From the IMG/VR virus record IMGVR_UViG_3300031993_000050: DNA of 64,000 nucleotides; one strand, 5' to 3'. The notes under the pieces were generated by a model. It was given only the letters and a program-made list of their open reading frames with translations, was not told the origin of the DNA and did no database searches. Position numbers and translations under genes: made by a program. The stretch comes from an uncultured virus (IMG/VR IMGVR_UViG_3300031993_000050). Its lineage: Duplodnaviria; Heunggongvirae; Uroviricota; Caudoviricetes. Below are positions 49,301-58,107 of this stretch, piece after piece (within the stretch, counting starts at the first letter, position 1; each line of letters opens with the position of its first letter).

Positions 49301-50589
49301 TCTGCTTTATGTGAGCTTACTTCATATTTTTGTTTTGCTTTCTTTACAGCATCGATGGCCTTGCTTGCTTGAGTAAGTTCCTTCTCAAGCAGTTTACGTT
49401 TTGTAACTAACTGATCGATTAACGCTTCATAAATTTCAGATCGTTTCAATGTGACAGAGTCACCACCAGCATACTCTTCTTTCTGTGCATAGCGTTTAAG
49501 AGAACGCATCACACGCATATCGTCGTTAATCTGGTCAATCTCATTTTGTACTAAAGTATAAAAAGGTTTTGTATCTTCTTTGGATTCATACTTACCAATA
49601 CCCAAGAAGTGGTCTAAATATTCATTACGAATCTTAGCTTCCTGTGCCTGTGTTTTGTGACAGCCAGTAATAGCGTTACGAAGGTCATAAAGAATTCCGT
49701 TGTCTTCCTTAACTGGATTGTTGTCATCATCTTTACGTCTTGCGCCCGGCTCATCTGCCAAGATATCAGAACGAAGCTTGATGGAGAAATTCTTTACATC
49801 TTTATCTTCCATGTCAGCAATGTCTTTCTTCAAATTGCTTAAGCTGCTAATAGCTTTGAACAGATAGTTTGTCCAACCATACATACCACGACTGTGTGTT
49901 TGTACAGCAGAACGCATACCTTCCTTCATATTTTCATCGCCATACTTAGCATAGTTCGGAGACTCGCGTGTATAGCTAGGTGAGTTTACTGGAGTGGTTG
50001 CTTTTCTGTAATCGTTAATTGCACGTTGTGCATCACCTGATAAATCAATTGATTCGTAATTACCTGTAGAAGTATACTTATCTGCCAAAACTTGATAAGC
50101 TTCGTTCATGAAATCTTCTACACTTTTTGCAGAAGAAGCTGGAATAATAAATGTTGGTTTCTTGTTCTTACCAACAGACAGGGTCACATTTGTTTTTGGA
50201 TTGTGATGAATGTGGCGTTGTAGTTTTTGGATGTCCAAGCTTCCATCTGTAATGTCTAAATCTACGTAAGCATATACATCTTTAACATCAACAGAAGCGA
50301 CATCACCAAATGCTGCTACCAGCATATCGGTAACAATTTGTTTAAGGTCAGCACCTTTACGAGAAAACTCTGTGCCAACATTGATTACAGCTTGCGTAGC
50401 CAGTTTTTTATCTTCGTTGTTCAAGTGTTTAACAGCGTTCTCGGAGATACTAATCTTAGACGGAAGAGTTGAAATCTTCTTCGCCACGGAAGCGACATTT
50501 CCTTTCGTGTAATCAAGTGTAATATCAGCAACAACATATCCTGTTGGCTTGATGCTGGTTAATTCTGCTTTAACGTTCAGTTCCGACAT
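46387..50589 (-). CDS. large coiled-coil putative internal virion/ejection protein
   Basis: 1400 aa, Lys/Asp/Glu-rich, helical; no catalytic motif recognised. Confidence 0.5.
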   Translation of the reverse strand: MSELNVKAELTSIKPTGYVVADITLDYTKGNVASVAKKISTLPSKISISENAVKHLNNEDKKLATQAVINVGTEFSRKGADLKQIVTDMLVAAFGDVASVDVKDVYAYVDLDITDGSLDIQKLQRHIHHNPKTNVTLSVGKNKKPTFIIPASSAKSVEDFMNEAYQVLADKYTSTGNYESIDLSGDAQRAINDYRKATTPVNSPSYTRESPNYAKYGDENMKEGMRSAVQTHSRGMYGWTNYLFKAISSLSNLKKDIADMEDKDVKNFSIKLRSDILADEPGARRKDDDNNPVKEDNGILYDLRNAITGCHKTQAQEAKIRNEYLDHFLGIGKYESKEDTKPFYTLVQNEIDQINDDMRVMRSLKRYAQKEEYAGGDSVTLKRSEIYEALIDQLVTKRKLLEKELTQASKAIDAVKKAKQKYEVSSHKAEDKEAYLNELAAIKASIPNPAIESIIPTGYQFSNIVKQLKDSVDTAFAEKNQEEANFMNGVVHTKDSEGKDLDIKYTDIEDNLRDKTEKYSSLTSQYYDKINQTLEELNEKHPKEEDRLYAKLIADRNHKKDVMEASEKIMKNDSYKNSTDPKIQKAFKTAYKRYTNAKNDYFRLVNSAIPKAEEEWRNAQQSAAYKAVNDAKFSDTSDLTWSQVLDAAKAEVDRATEARETMRTQQETERSEKDEAFKRQDLMYRNTSDLSDKTSNVSKELEAAKKELEDLQNKQEAIKAGTVKDHTGEIVNSVTTSLGSKEQQDFNSRRGEALSTAPLSRDVFARRWAIHELGDELKGVNRGTAERLIHEKIYSDFSGKKVEGMQPDMSDKILKAYRWYALYEYAKNNQGKLPYIKTPEDAARFALNAYAIDEASRKLSSEREAKIIRGHLEDYFGSKLNASNRKYLDPAADSVLIILYNTLRDAYHVNVELPEKVLRSSSVVRESAPVQNLIEDARGANFMHAAFMNAVRDSISDVVSSQEDVESTEEERKSIADKIQQAEKNVEDLTAKLEDYNKNKEFLDSTYTKFEGKAKPSYVFDVDTEDGALSSDDIKSFLDRVVASSKDMGDGMSHVPLDTRKWLKEMLQSFVAENKNLSADSKKNLDTTIDNGLINDYTSRVVSEGAKTYNSRTPVDLSERSSKEQATSAMADLMESIANGKLPKQSVLALANARGSVDEFIKVLHEQAVEIHDLRTKADEEEGLRDDEFRTKYNTSYSKSDLQEHSDTWSETLADLEKTLDLARNKMKMNITPAGLMALLKDPEKGAEVFEKAEEEEKKDTLSSDTRTAYYSDLYSKFTLLMGYETNEAEFKRELKENFMPEFKKAIIKSKTTVNRNEKADRQKILTEMYNKIQDTLQGFNTNAPVDEEVEHPNENEKVIPTFEDAKFKGNEDNPEGAPTGEKAVENKSVFEGKTPKEEQ

Positions 50590-51308
50590 TATATCTCCTT
50601 TAATAAATCTGTTAAAGTATCAATCTTTGTGCGGTTAATGTTCTCTGTTAGCACTTTGAAGAACATTTCACGCTGTGATGGATTAACTTCAGTAACAGTC
50701 TGGCTCACGCATTGAAATAGTTTGTTCATGATGTAGTTCACTGTTCCTACATCAACTTTATCAGAGTCACGCAACTCCTCAGCCATTTTCACCTCTGTCT
50801 GAGTGTGTTTGGCGAGCTCTTTATAATAATCTTTTAGGGTCGATTCCAATTTATCATTGTACTCGTTGCCCAGTGAAATTCTTTTCTTCTCGAGACGGTT
50901 AATGGATAATTGCAAACGTTTCTTTACGTCTTCGAGTGTGTTCTTTGGTGTTGACAGGTCGATTAGTTCTGCCAACGCTTTATCCTCCAAAGATTCTGGT
51001 ACTGCAACCCGCTCAAGCTCAAGTTCATTATCTACTGCTTCTTCATCCATCTCAGCAAAAAGACGGTCAGAAGCAGACATTGGTGTATCAGATTTTACAA
51101 CATCACCACGGTTTTTCTTAGCCCACTTTACATACTTGTTAATGTCTGTAAATGTAGGTGGACGAATACCTTGGTCCATCATCTGTTTACCAAAGGTGCT
51201 CTCAATAACTTTCTGTATCATGAGAGCGTTCTGCTTTTGAAGCCTAAGCTCCTCTACCTTTTCTTGTACTTCCATAGGTAGACGCAACAACGGATTTGTA
51301 TCACTCAT
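50589..51308 (-). CDS. hypothetical protein, possible terminase small subunit
   Basis: 239 aa; HTH-like N-terminus plus coiled coil; no small terminase seen next to terL. Confidence 0.35.
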   Translation of the reverse strand: MSDTNPLLRLPMEVQEKVEELRLQKQNALMIQKVIESTFGKQMMDQGIRPPTFTDINKYVKWAKKNRGDVVKSDTPMSASDRLFAEMDEEAVDNELELERVAVPESLEDKALAELIDLSTPKNTLEDVKKRLQLSINRLEKKRISLGNEYNDKLESTLKDYYKELAKHTQTEVKMAEELRDSDKVDVGTVNYIMNKLFQCVSQTVTEVNPSQREMFFKVLTENINRTKIDTLTDLLKEI

Positions 51309-54300
51309 CTATGCTTGTCCTTCGTTTGACTTTTTCAACAACTGTACAAACTGGTCATTCTTTAACATCGCTGGCCAGCCGTCACGACGTAAACATTCTT
51401 GGAAATAATGTCTGTCATGTGACTCAGCCACATTACTTTCATTGTACATACGATATGCCGCTTCCATGCTCCACTGCGTTTCTGGCAAATGGGAGAGTGC
51501 GTCAGCCGTAGCGGGGCCAGTTGTAGGATTTGAATCACGTACAACCTGGACTAATGTATTAAACAGTTCATGGCTAGGGTCAGCATCGTATGCCATTTTC
51601 AAAGCTTGTGCTACCTTCTTTGTCTTAAAGGATTTTGAATCCTGTATATCTTGTTCCTGGGATTTTTGCCCAGACAAAAGTGTTTCATTGCTGTTGTTAT
51701 TTTTATCAGCAACCATTTCATCAGGTGTCTGAACTAATGACGGATCTTCAATTTCTTTTTGTAATTGATTATCTGTCATATCTAATGCAACACGTGAAAT
51801 GTGGAAGAACGGAGCAGCTGTTTTTTGTAAACCTGAGAATGAGAATCCAGCAGTATGGTCTTCTTGTTTTTTCTCCTCTGGTTTAGATTCTTCTTGCTTC
51901 GGTTCTTCTTGTAAAACTTGTTTATAGTTTAGACGCTCGCTTGGGTATGTGTTATCTTCGTCTGTTACTTCAAATGGATCTAAATCGCGGTCATTGTTTA
52001 CAGCATCACGAAGCTCAGTGAGTTGTTGCTCTGTAGGAAGCTCAGTATCTTTAAGACCAGTCTTAGCTCCGTACTCTGTAACAACATCACGCAACTTGTC
52101 TTCAATAACTGTAATAGCGTCAGCTAATGCTTCTGGCTGAGGACGCAAGATTGAAACTTCCAACGGCTCACCTTTTTCATTCGTGTACTTTTTGTCAGTC
52201 TTTTTTGTTTTGTAAAACTGCTCAATCTCTTTGAGTTTATCGTAGATGTTACGTAACACAGGAGCTTTGTTTAATACTTCGCGTGCATTATCTTTAGAAG
52301 GATCTACTTCAATATAAATCTTCTTGATAAGCTCGGTCATATATTTCTCAAGCTCTTCACGTGTCATACCAAAATCACGTTTCAAAAAATAATCTTCATC
52401 AGCAACTTCTTTGGAAATTTCCTTGTCGTTCAACTCGTTTTTCTCTTTTTCCCATTGAGCAAATTCCGCATTGTTCTTGTCAGTTGTGTCTTTCAATTGC
52501 TGTTTTTTAGCTGCATTAGCATCAGAGTTTTCATGGCTGATGCGTATTTTTTGTGCAGTCATTTTCTCATTTAAGTCCTCGATGCTGTATGATTTTAAGT
52601 CGCCAAGCAAACGTGCATCAAACTCTCCTGTAAACGGATGAGGACTTACACTTTCTTTTAAGTTTCCTGTTAATTTATCATCTTTTACAGGATACATTTT
52701 ACCAGTGTTTCTATCTTCAATAAAGAAACGAACAAAACCTTTACCTGTGTATGAAACCAACGCTGGGTCGGTTATGGCTGGTTCAGGCACAGGTTTATGC
52801 GCCAGGATAAGCTCATCGCTTCCAGGCGTTCTAAAAACTTTGTAATATTTACCGTGGTCTAAAGCAACGGCTTCTTTTGTATCGTAAAGATATAGTACAT
52901 CATCTGCTTTAATCTCAGAATGAAGTGTAACATCATCAATTTTATTGAGATCCGGGAACGGATTTTCTGCTTTCCATTTCTTTGCGTCTTGTTTGTTCTC
53001 TTCTAAGAATTTCTCGCGATTTTCAATACGGTCCTTAATCTCTTGTAATTCAGCTACCTTTGAAGATATAATGTCTTCATCCTGCAATACATATGTACCA
53101 TCTGTATTTTTCTTATTTAACTCTTCTTCTTTTTGCTTGTAAAGTTTCTTATCCTTTTCAAGATCTTTCTCTAATTTGCGAATATTATAATCCGTTTCCT
53201 TTTGTTTGAATTCCTGCATTTCCCTTCCGGACTCATTATCATTTTGAACACGACGTGCTACCTCAGGTACGACGCTATGATACATACGACCAACTTGTTC
53301 AAAATCTGATGGAATATAGGTAGTAAGATGATAATCGTTTCCTTTTGCAAAAGTAGTATCAAAAGAATTTACAACACGTGACCCATCAACTCCTGCTTCA
53401 TTTAATGCAGCACGCGTTTGTTTTATTGCGTCAAGTACTGCATTATGGATATTACGAATTCTTGGTTCAAACCCTTCATTACGTGCAACAGAAGCAAGCT
53501 GCGATGCAGTCTTATAACTTTCTACAGGTTGACCGCTGCGTGTTTTAATAGCGTCGGCATTCTTAAGCATATCGATGATAGGTTTAACATCGAGTGATAT
53601 TTTTTTATCTTGAATGACGGTATTCTCAAGAGTAGAGAGCCTGTCAATTAAGAAGTCACGCTGTTTTGTTACAAAAGAAGCTATATCATAACGAGCTGCT
53701 GCACGAGAATCTTTCTTTAATACTTCAGCTTCATTATTTTCTTTGTTTAGTTTCATAGCTGATTTACGTGCATTGTTTTGCAAGAAATCATACTCTGTAT
53801 CTAAGTAAGATAAAACAGAATTCAATTTATCAAAGTTAGTGTGATACATACGTTTTGCAACGGCGTTGGAATACTCTTTACGCTGACGTAACCACGTTTC
53901 AACACGGTCTGCAACATTTGCCTTTGATAATGAAAGTACTTCACGAATTTGGTTAGTAAGATCTTCAACAATTTCGTGTGTGAATTTACGAAGGTCTGTT
54001 TGCTGACTTCCGTATGCTTTCTCACGTTTCTTTGCTAAAGCAGCGGAAAGTCTATCTACGAAGTCAACGCTTAGGAAAGAACGTGCAGATGCTTTCTCTT
54101 CATCTGTTTTTAGTGTTTTCAAGAATGCATCAACCTGTGTTTGATACTGGTCTAAGTTCATTTTACGACTATCTGTTGGAGCACCACTTGTATTATTTAA
54201 CAAATGCCCGCCCAAGAACTTAGCTGCTAACTCTACACCATCACGTTCTGCCTTCAACTCTTTTACTGTCTTTGCTTCAGCAGTGCCAAACAAGACAGCA

Positions 54301-55523
54301 AACTTGTCTGGAAAAGTCATGGTATCGTAGTCTTTGTGAATTAAATCTTTAATTTCACTATCTGTAGGAATTAACAAAAGTTTAGACGCATGAGGGTCAG
54401 CAGACACCACATCTTCTTTTGGTGAAGTGTTGCGAAGTACTTTCTTTGCATCACGTAAATATTTTAATTTGAATAAAGGAAGCAACCCGGAACTTTGCAT
54501 TCCAGGCATACCAGCCATAATTTGTTTTGCTAAATAAGTAGCTAAATTTACACGTTCACGAATAGCTGCGGGTGTATTTGTTTTTGGATCAACTAAGTCA
54601 ACAGCTTGGGAAGGATCAGCGAGTCTTTCAGCTAAGGAATTTCCTACTTGTTCATCATCACCAAAGTTATCGTCATCATCATCGTTGTCTTGTGCGTCCA
54701 TACTAACAACACGTTGGTCATTTGTGTTTGAATAAAGTTTCTTTGTGATATTACCAAGCAAGTTGCTGCCTGCACCAGAACAATACGTATAGAAAGATTT
54801 ACAAATACCTGTAAAAAGAAGATTTAATACTTCTAAACGAACTGCTTTATCAAGTTTCTTTTGCGTGTGCTCAACGTCACTTGCTGCGCCTGTTTGTGCT
54901 TTTTCAGCAGCATCCATGTCAGCATCGTTAATACTCTGTTGTAATAATTTGATGTAATTGCTGTCCAGTTTACGTGTTTTAGGTTTCTTTGCGTTTTGTT
55001 TAATTGCTTCCGGACTGTTAGCAGACTCGATTGCAGTTTTAATCTCTTCTTTGGTTGAACCTAATTTGTCCAAATTGAAGTTTGATAAAAAGCGAGTTAA
55101 TAAAATGTAAAGACCTGTGGTAGCATCTTCTTTGTATGCTTTTGAATCTAAGAAAGCATTAAGCCCTTTGTTCTGTAATGTACGAAGTTTATCTGTAGAA
55201 AATTCAGCACCCAAGTCTTTGTTATTGGTAGTAAAGTATGCTGTAATTACGTTTGCCCAAAACCCTTTTGTATTTTGCTCAGGTGTTATTAAATACTTAA
55301 GCCCGGCTGACTCCAGTTGTTCATCAGTGAACATGGGTGCAGACGGGTCATAGTTTTCTGTGGCTGAAGCAAGTTCATTTTCGATAGTTTGTGAATAGTC
55401 AGCTGCACTATCGGTTTCTGCTTGCTCTCTGTATTTATTTTTGGATTCTTGTTCTGCTTCTTTAGCAGTCTTTTGAATAGATGAATCTTTTCGTGCAAAG
55501 ATATTGATAAACCAGTTGAACAT
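51309..55523 (-). CDS. large putative internal virion protein with sigma70-like N-terminal region
   Basis: 1404 aa; first gene after motif copy 6; SD AAGGAG; KTA motifs near both termini. Confidence 0.5.
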   Translation of the reverse strand: MFNWFINIFARKDSSIQKTAKEAEQESKNKYREQAETDSAADYSQTIENELASATENYDPSAPMFTDEQLESAGLKYLITPEQNTKGFWANVITAYFTTNNKDLGAEFSTDKLRTLQNKGLNAFLDSKAYKEDATTGLYILLTRFLSNFNLDKLGSTKEEIKTAIESANSPEAIKQNAKKPKTRKLDSNYIKLLQQSINDADMDAAEKAQTGAASDVEHTQKKLDKAVRLEVLNLLFTGICKSFYTYCSGAGSNLLGNITKKLYSNTNDQRVVSMDAQDNDDDDDNFGDDEQVGNSLAERLADPSQAVDLVDPKTNTPAAIRERVNLATYLAKQIMAGMPGMQSSGLLPLFKLKYLRDAKKVLRNTSPKEDVVSADPHASKLLLIPTDSEIKDLIHKDYDTMTFPDKFAVLFGTAEAKTVKELKAERDGVELAAKFLGGHLLNNTSGAPTDSRKMNLDQYQTQVDAFLKTLKTDEEKASARSFLSVDFVDRLSAALAKKREKAYGSQQTDLRKFTHEIVEDLTNQIREVLSLSKANVADRVETWLRQRKEYSNAVAKRMYHTNFDKLNSVLSYLDTEYDFLQNNARKSAMKLNKENNEAEVLKKDSRAAARYDIASFVTKQRDFLIDRLSTLENTVIQDKKISLDVKPIIDMLKNADAIKTRSGQPVESYKTASQLASVARNEGFEPRIRNIHNAVLDAIKQTRAALNEAGVDGSRVVNSFDTTFAKGNDYHLTTYIPSDFEQVGRMYHSVVPEVARRVQNDNESGREMQEFKQKETDYNIRKLEKDLEKDKKLYKQKEEELNKKNTDGTYVLQDEDIISSKVAELQEIKDRIENREKFLEENKQDAKKWKAENPFPDLNKIDDVTLHSEIKADDVLYLYDTKEAVALDHGKYYKVFRTPGSDELILAHKPVPEPAITDPALVSYTGKGFVRFFIEDRNTGKMYPVKDDKLTGNLKESVSPHPFTGEFDARLLGDLKSYSIEDLNEKMTAQKIRISHENSDANAAKKQQLKDTTDKNNAEFAQWEKEKNELNDKEISKEVADEDYFLKRDFGMTREELEKYMTELIKKIYIEVDPSKDNAREVLNKAPVLRNIYDKLKEIEQFYKTKKTDKKYTNEKGEPLEVSILRPQPEALADAITVIEDKLRDVVTEYGAKTGLKDTELPTEQQLTELRDAVNNDRDLDPFEVTDEDNTYPSERLNYKQVLQEEPKQEESKPEEKKQEDHTAGFSFSGLQKTAAPFFHISRVALDMTDNQLQKEIEDPSLVQTPDEMVADKNNNSNETLLSGQKSQEQDIQDSKSFKTKKVAQALKMAYDADPSHELFNTLVQVVRDSNPTTGPATADALSHLPETQWSMEAAYRMYNESNVAESHDRHYFQECLRRDGWPAMLKNDQFVQLLKKSNEGQA

Positions 55524-55552
55524 TTAGTCGGGCTCCTTAAAACAACACTCTC

Positions 55553-55574
55553 CTATATACAACCTAAGTGTTCA
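55553..55574 (-). promoter_or_regulatory. phage-specific promoter-like motif, copy 6 (start of morphogenesis region)
   Basis: TGAACACTTAGGTTGTATATAG, intergenic. Confidence 0.8.
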
Positions 55575-55578
55575 AAAA

Positions 55579-56286
55579 TTACTGGTCTTTGTACTCTTTT
55601 ATTTTGGGTATGATGAAGTATCCTCTGCTGTATCGTCGAGTCTTAGGAATTTTGTAATGTTTGAACGGACCGGTAGGGGAAATTCCACCATATCTAAGCA
55701 CATTTGCTATCGTACGACGTTCAAAACTGTGTAATCCAAGGAGCTTATAGGCAAAATTGCTTATTATATTGATGTTTTTTATACTTGTATCGAACATCTT
55801 TACAAGTTCTTCGTCCTTATAACCACGTATCTTGGCTCCCAAAATACAGGCTTCCCTGAAGGTAAGACCGTTGCTAAGAAGGAAATCATACCGGGAATTA
55901 AGGAATTTAGTGCGATATTTCTGGGTTAATTCTACTTTTGGTGACGTACCTAGCATCTTTACGAGCTTGTACATCTTCTCTTTCTTGATATCTGTGTCTA
56001 CTACAGCTGAAAATCCATTGATGAAGGCGGTTCCCAATGCCACTTGTTCTACGCCAGAACGGACGTAGAGGGTGTTTGCAGTAGGATAGGAAGCCACTGC
56101 TACCCTAAAATCTAAAAGTGCGTCATACGGGTCATTTTTGGTTAAAATAACAAGATCCGGTATGACCTCGCCCACGTCTTTTTTAGTAAAAATAGTGATG
56201 TCACTATAATTAGCTAGTACCCGTTTTATGGACAAAGCTACCGGATCTTCGTTGTAAAGTAATACGTCTACGTTACAGATCGTCAT
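55579..56286 (-). CDS. NarL/LuxR-like regulator (degenerate receiver plus HTH)
   Basis: Likely start ATG 56286 (SD GGAGA); VLLYNEDP, PDLVILT, LTFREACIL...GYKDEELVKMFDTSIKNI. Confidence 0.6.
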   Translation of the reverse strand: MTICNVDVLLYNEDPVALSIKRVLANYSDITIFTKKDVGEVIPDLVILTKNDPYDALLDFRVAVASYPTANTLYVRSGVEQVALGTAFINGFSAVVDTDIKKEKMYKLVKMLGTSPKVELTQKYRTKFLNSRYDFLLSNGLTFREACILGAKIRGYKDEELVKMFDTSIKNINIISNFAYKLLGLHSFERRTIANVLRYGGISPTGPFKHYKIPKTRRYSRGYFIIPKIKEYKDQ

Positions 56287-56893
56287 ACAGAGGGTCTCCC
56301 TTCGCATCCCTGAGAATACACTTCTGCGTTATGTAGTTATCATCGTCTTGAATCCAGTCTTTTATTTTCTGAATGTCACGGTCGTTTAAGTATTTCTTAA
56401 AAACGGTTGTCCGAAACTGATGCGGAAGACCGGATTTCTTAATTAAATCAATTGACGCTTGTATCTTTGCTTCGTTGAATGGAACCTTGGTAAGCAACTC
56501 GTATTTCTCTTTAGGTGCTTTAATATCCATGGCAATAAAATCAACTAACTTTGCATTTAACACTTGCTTAAGCACGTCTGGCCTATACCCGTTGGTATCG
56601 AGCTTAATTAAATAAGTGGAGAGCCCACGCAATTCCTTTAAGAACTGTAGGAGATCAGGCTGTACGGTAGGCTCACCACCAGTTACAACTATTCCTTGAA
56701 GTTTACCAGATCGCTTCTTCAAGTATGCCAGAACCTTCTCCGGAGTCGTGTTACATGGCCCGTCGAAGGGAATGATATGCTTGTTGTGGCACCACTCGGA
56801 ACAATTAAAATTACAACCTCGCGTAAAAATAACCGCTGCGATCTTACCCGGGTAGTCTACAAACGAGCACTTCACAAAATCATATATTTTCAT
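56273..56893 (-). CDS. nrdG: anaerobic ribonucleotide reductase activating enzyme (radical SAM)
   Basis: SFVDYPGKIAAVIFTRGCNFNC..WCHN, VTGGEPT, KLDTNG, MDIKAP, FRTT. Confidence 0.9.
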   Translation of the reverse strand: MKIYDFVKCSFVDYPGKIAAVIFTRGCNFNCSEWCHNKHIIPFDGPCNTTPEKVLAYLKKRSGKLQGIVVTGGEPTVQPDLLQFLKELRGLSTYLIKLDTNGYRPDVLKQVLNAKLVDFIAMDIKAPKEKYELLTKVPFNEAKIQASIDLIKKSGLPHQFRTTVFKKYLNDRDIQKIKDWIQDDDNYITQKCILRDAKGDPLYDDL

Positions 56894-57459
56894 TCTGTAC
56901 CACCTGCGGACTGTGTCCAGTCTGCCATTTGTTTCTGGATACGTTCCTTTACTTCTGTAAGTGACAGAATATGACGACCATCATCTTTATCACGAACATC
57001 CCAGCACATGTTAAAGTAACGAGGATCTTCGATTGAGTTACGATGATTGTGTCCGTGAATGTTGTAAGTATCTTTGAGATCACCTGAACGAGTTGTTACT
57101 TCTTCCAACAAATACGGATGCACCGGAAAGTGTGTTAACAAATAACCGTCAATGTTAACACCACCGGTCACTTTAATATTTGAGAATTGACTGTAAAATT
57201 GAATTTTATTTGGTGTATCATGGTTTCCTGTTACTAAAATGATCTTTCCTGTCAGACTGACAAGAACCTGTTTTATGCGATCAAGATCAGTACCAAGAGC
57301 GAAATCACCAAGATGGTAGACAGTGTCTTCATAATTTACAATGGAATTCCATTCACGCACGAAAGAATCTGCCATCTCATCCAAATCTTTGAACGGACGA
57401 TGCATGTACTTAATTACGTTCTCGTGGAACAAATGTGAATCTGATGTAACGTATTTCAT
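56890..57459 (-). CDS. calcineurin-like metallophosphoesterase
   Basis: SDSH, LGDF, GNHD, THFP, HGHNH. Confidence 0.9.
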   Translation of the reverse strand: MKYVTSDSHLFHENVIKYMHRPFKDLDEMADSFVREWNSIVNYEDTVYHLGDFALGTDLDRIKQVLVSLTGKIILVTGNHDTPNKIQFYSQFSNIKVTGGVNIDGYLLTHFPVHPYLLEEVTTRSGDLKDTYNIHGHNHRNSIEDPRYFNMCWDVRDKDDGRHILSLTEVKERIQKQMADWTQSAGGTE

Positions 57460-57824
57460 TCTTTTTTCTTACCCATGAATGGATTGGAGGCCGAGAAATC
57501 ATATTCGGATTTTGGTCCTTCATATGGTTCCGGCGTATCTACCAATGTTACATTGGCATCTACGAATTTACCTGTTTGCTTAAGCAATGTTTTAAGAGCC
57601 CCGTACGACGTACGCACCCAATAATTCGTGGAATGGTCTTTACGTGAATAACAAATTTCCGTTATGACATTTCCATCTTTGAGATGGACTGGCCGGGCAT
57701 AAACAATGCAATCTGTGTTGAATAAAAGAGGCTGTCCGTGCTCAGGTGCCGTAGCATCTACGCGGTCAGGCTCGTGTAACTCGTCGTCAAATTCGACTCC
57801 AACATCTTCAAGTTCTATAAACAT
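57456..57824 (-). CDS. hypothetical protein
   Basis: Likely start ATG 57824 (SD GGGAG); the longer ORF-track start lies inside a terminator. Confidence 0.55.
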   Translation of the reverse strand: MFIELEDVGVEFDDELHEPDRVDATAPEHGQPLLFNTDCIVYARPVHLKDGNVITEICYSRKDHSTNYWVRTSYGALKTLLKQTGKFVDANVTLVDTPEPYEGPKSEYDFSASNPFMGKKKE

Positions 57825-57840
57825 AGCTCTCTCCCTAGGT

Positions 57841-57874
57841 AAAAAACCTCCCCTTAATTGTATCAAAGGGGAGG
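57841..57874 (-). terminator. rho-independent terminator after the small NrdD fragment
   Basis: CCTCCCCTT...AAGGGGAGG-TTTTTT on the minus strand. Confidence 0.75.
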
Positions 57875-57896
57875 CATGTTGTCAACAACTTCTTAA

Positions 57897-58094
57897 CTAT
57901 TTCCCGCAAGAGCAAGGTTTCATCATTTTACGCATCGCAACTTCAGCTTTTTTACCTGGGTTGTACTGAGATGTTGGACGGATAAACCCTGTCACACGTG
58001 TGTATACTTCACATTTTTCGCCTTTGATTGACGCTTTTTCCGCTTCCAGTGAAGCAATCTGGTTCTCTACTGCTTTTTTTTCTACTTCTGACAT
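57897..58094 (-). CDS. nrdD: NrdD C-terminal glycyl-radical domain as a stand-alone 65-aa protein
   Basis: ATG 58094 with SD GGAG; CEVYTRVTGFIRP...NPGKKAE...R glycyl-radical signature. Confidence 0.85.
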   Translation of the reverse strand: MSEVEKKAVENQIASLEAEKASIKGEKCEVYTRVTGFIRPTSQYNPGKKAEVAMRKMMKPCSCGK

Positions 58095-58107
58095 ACTTCT
58101 TTTTCTC

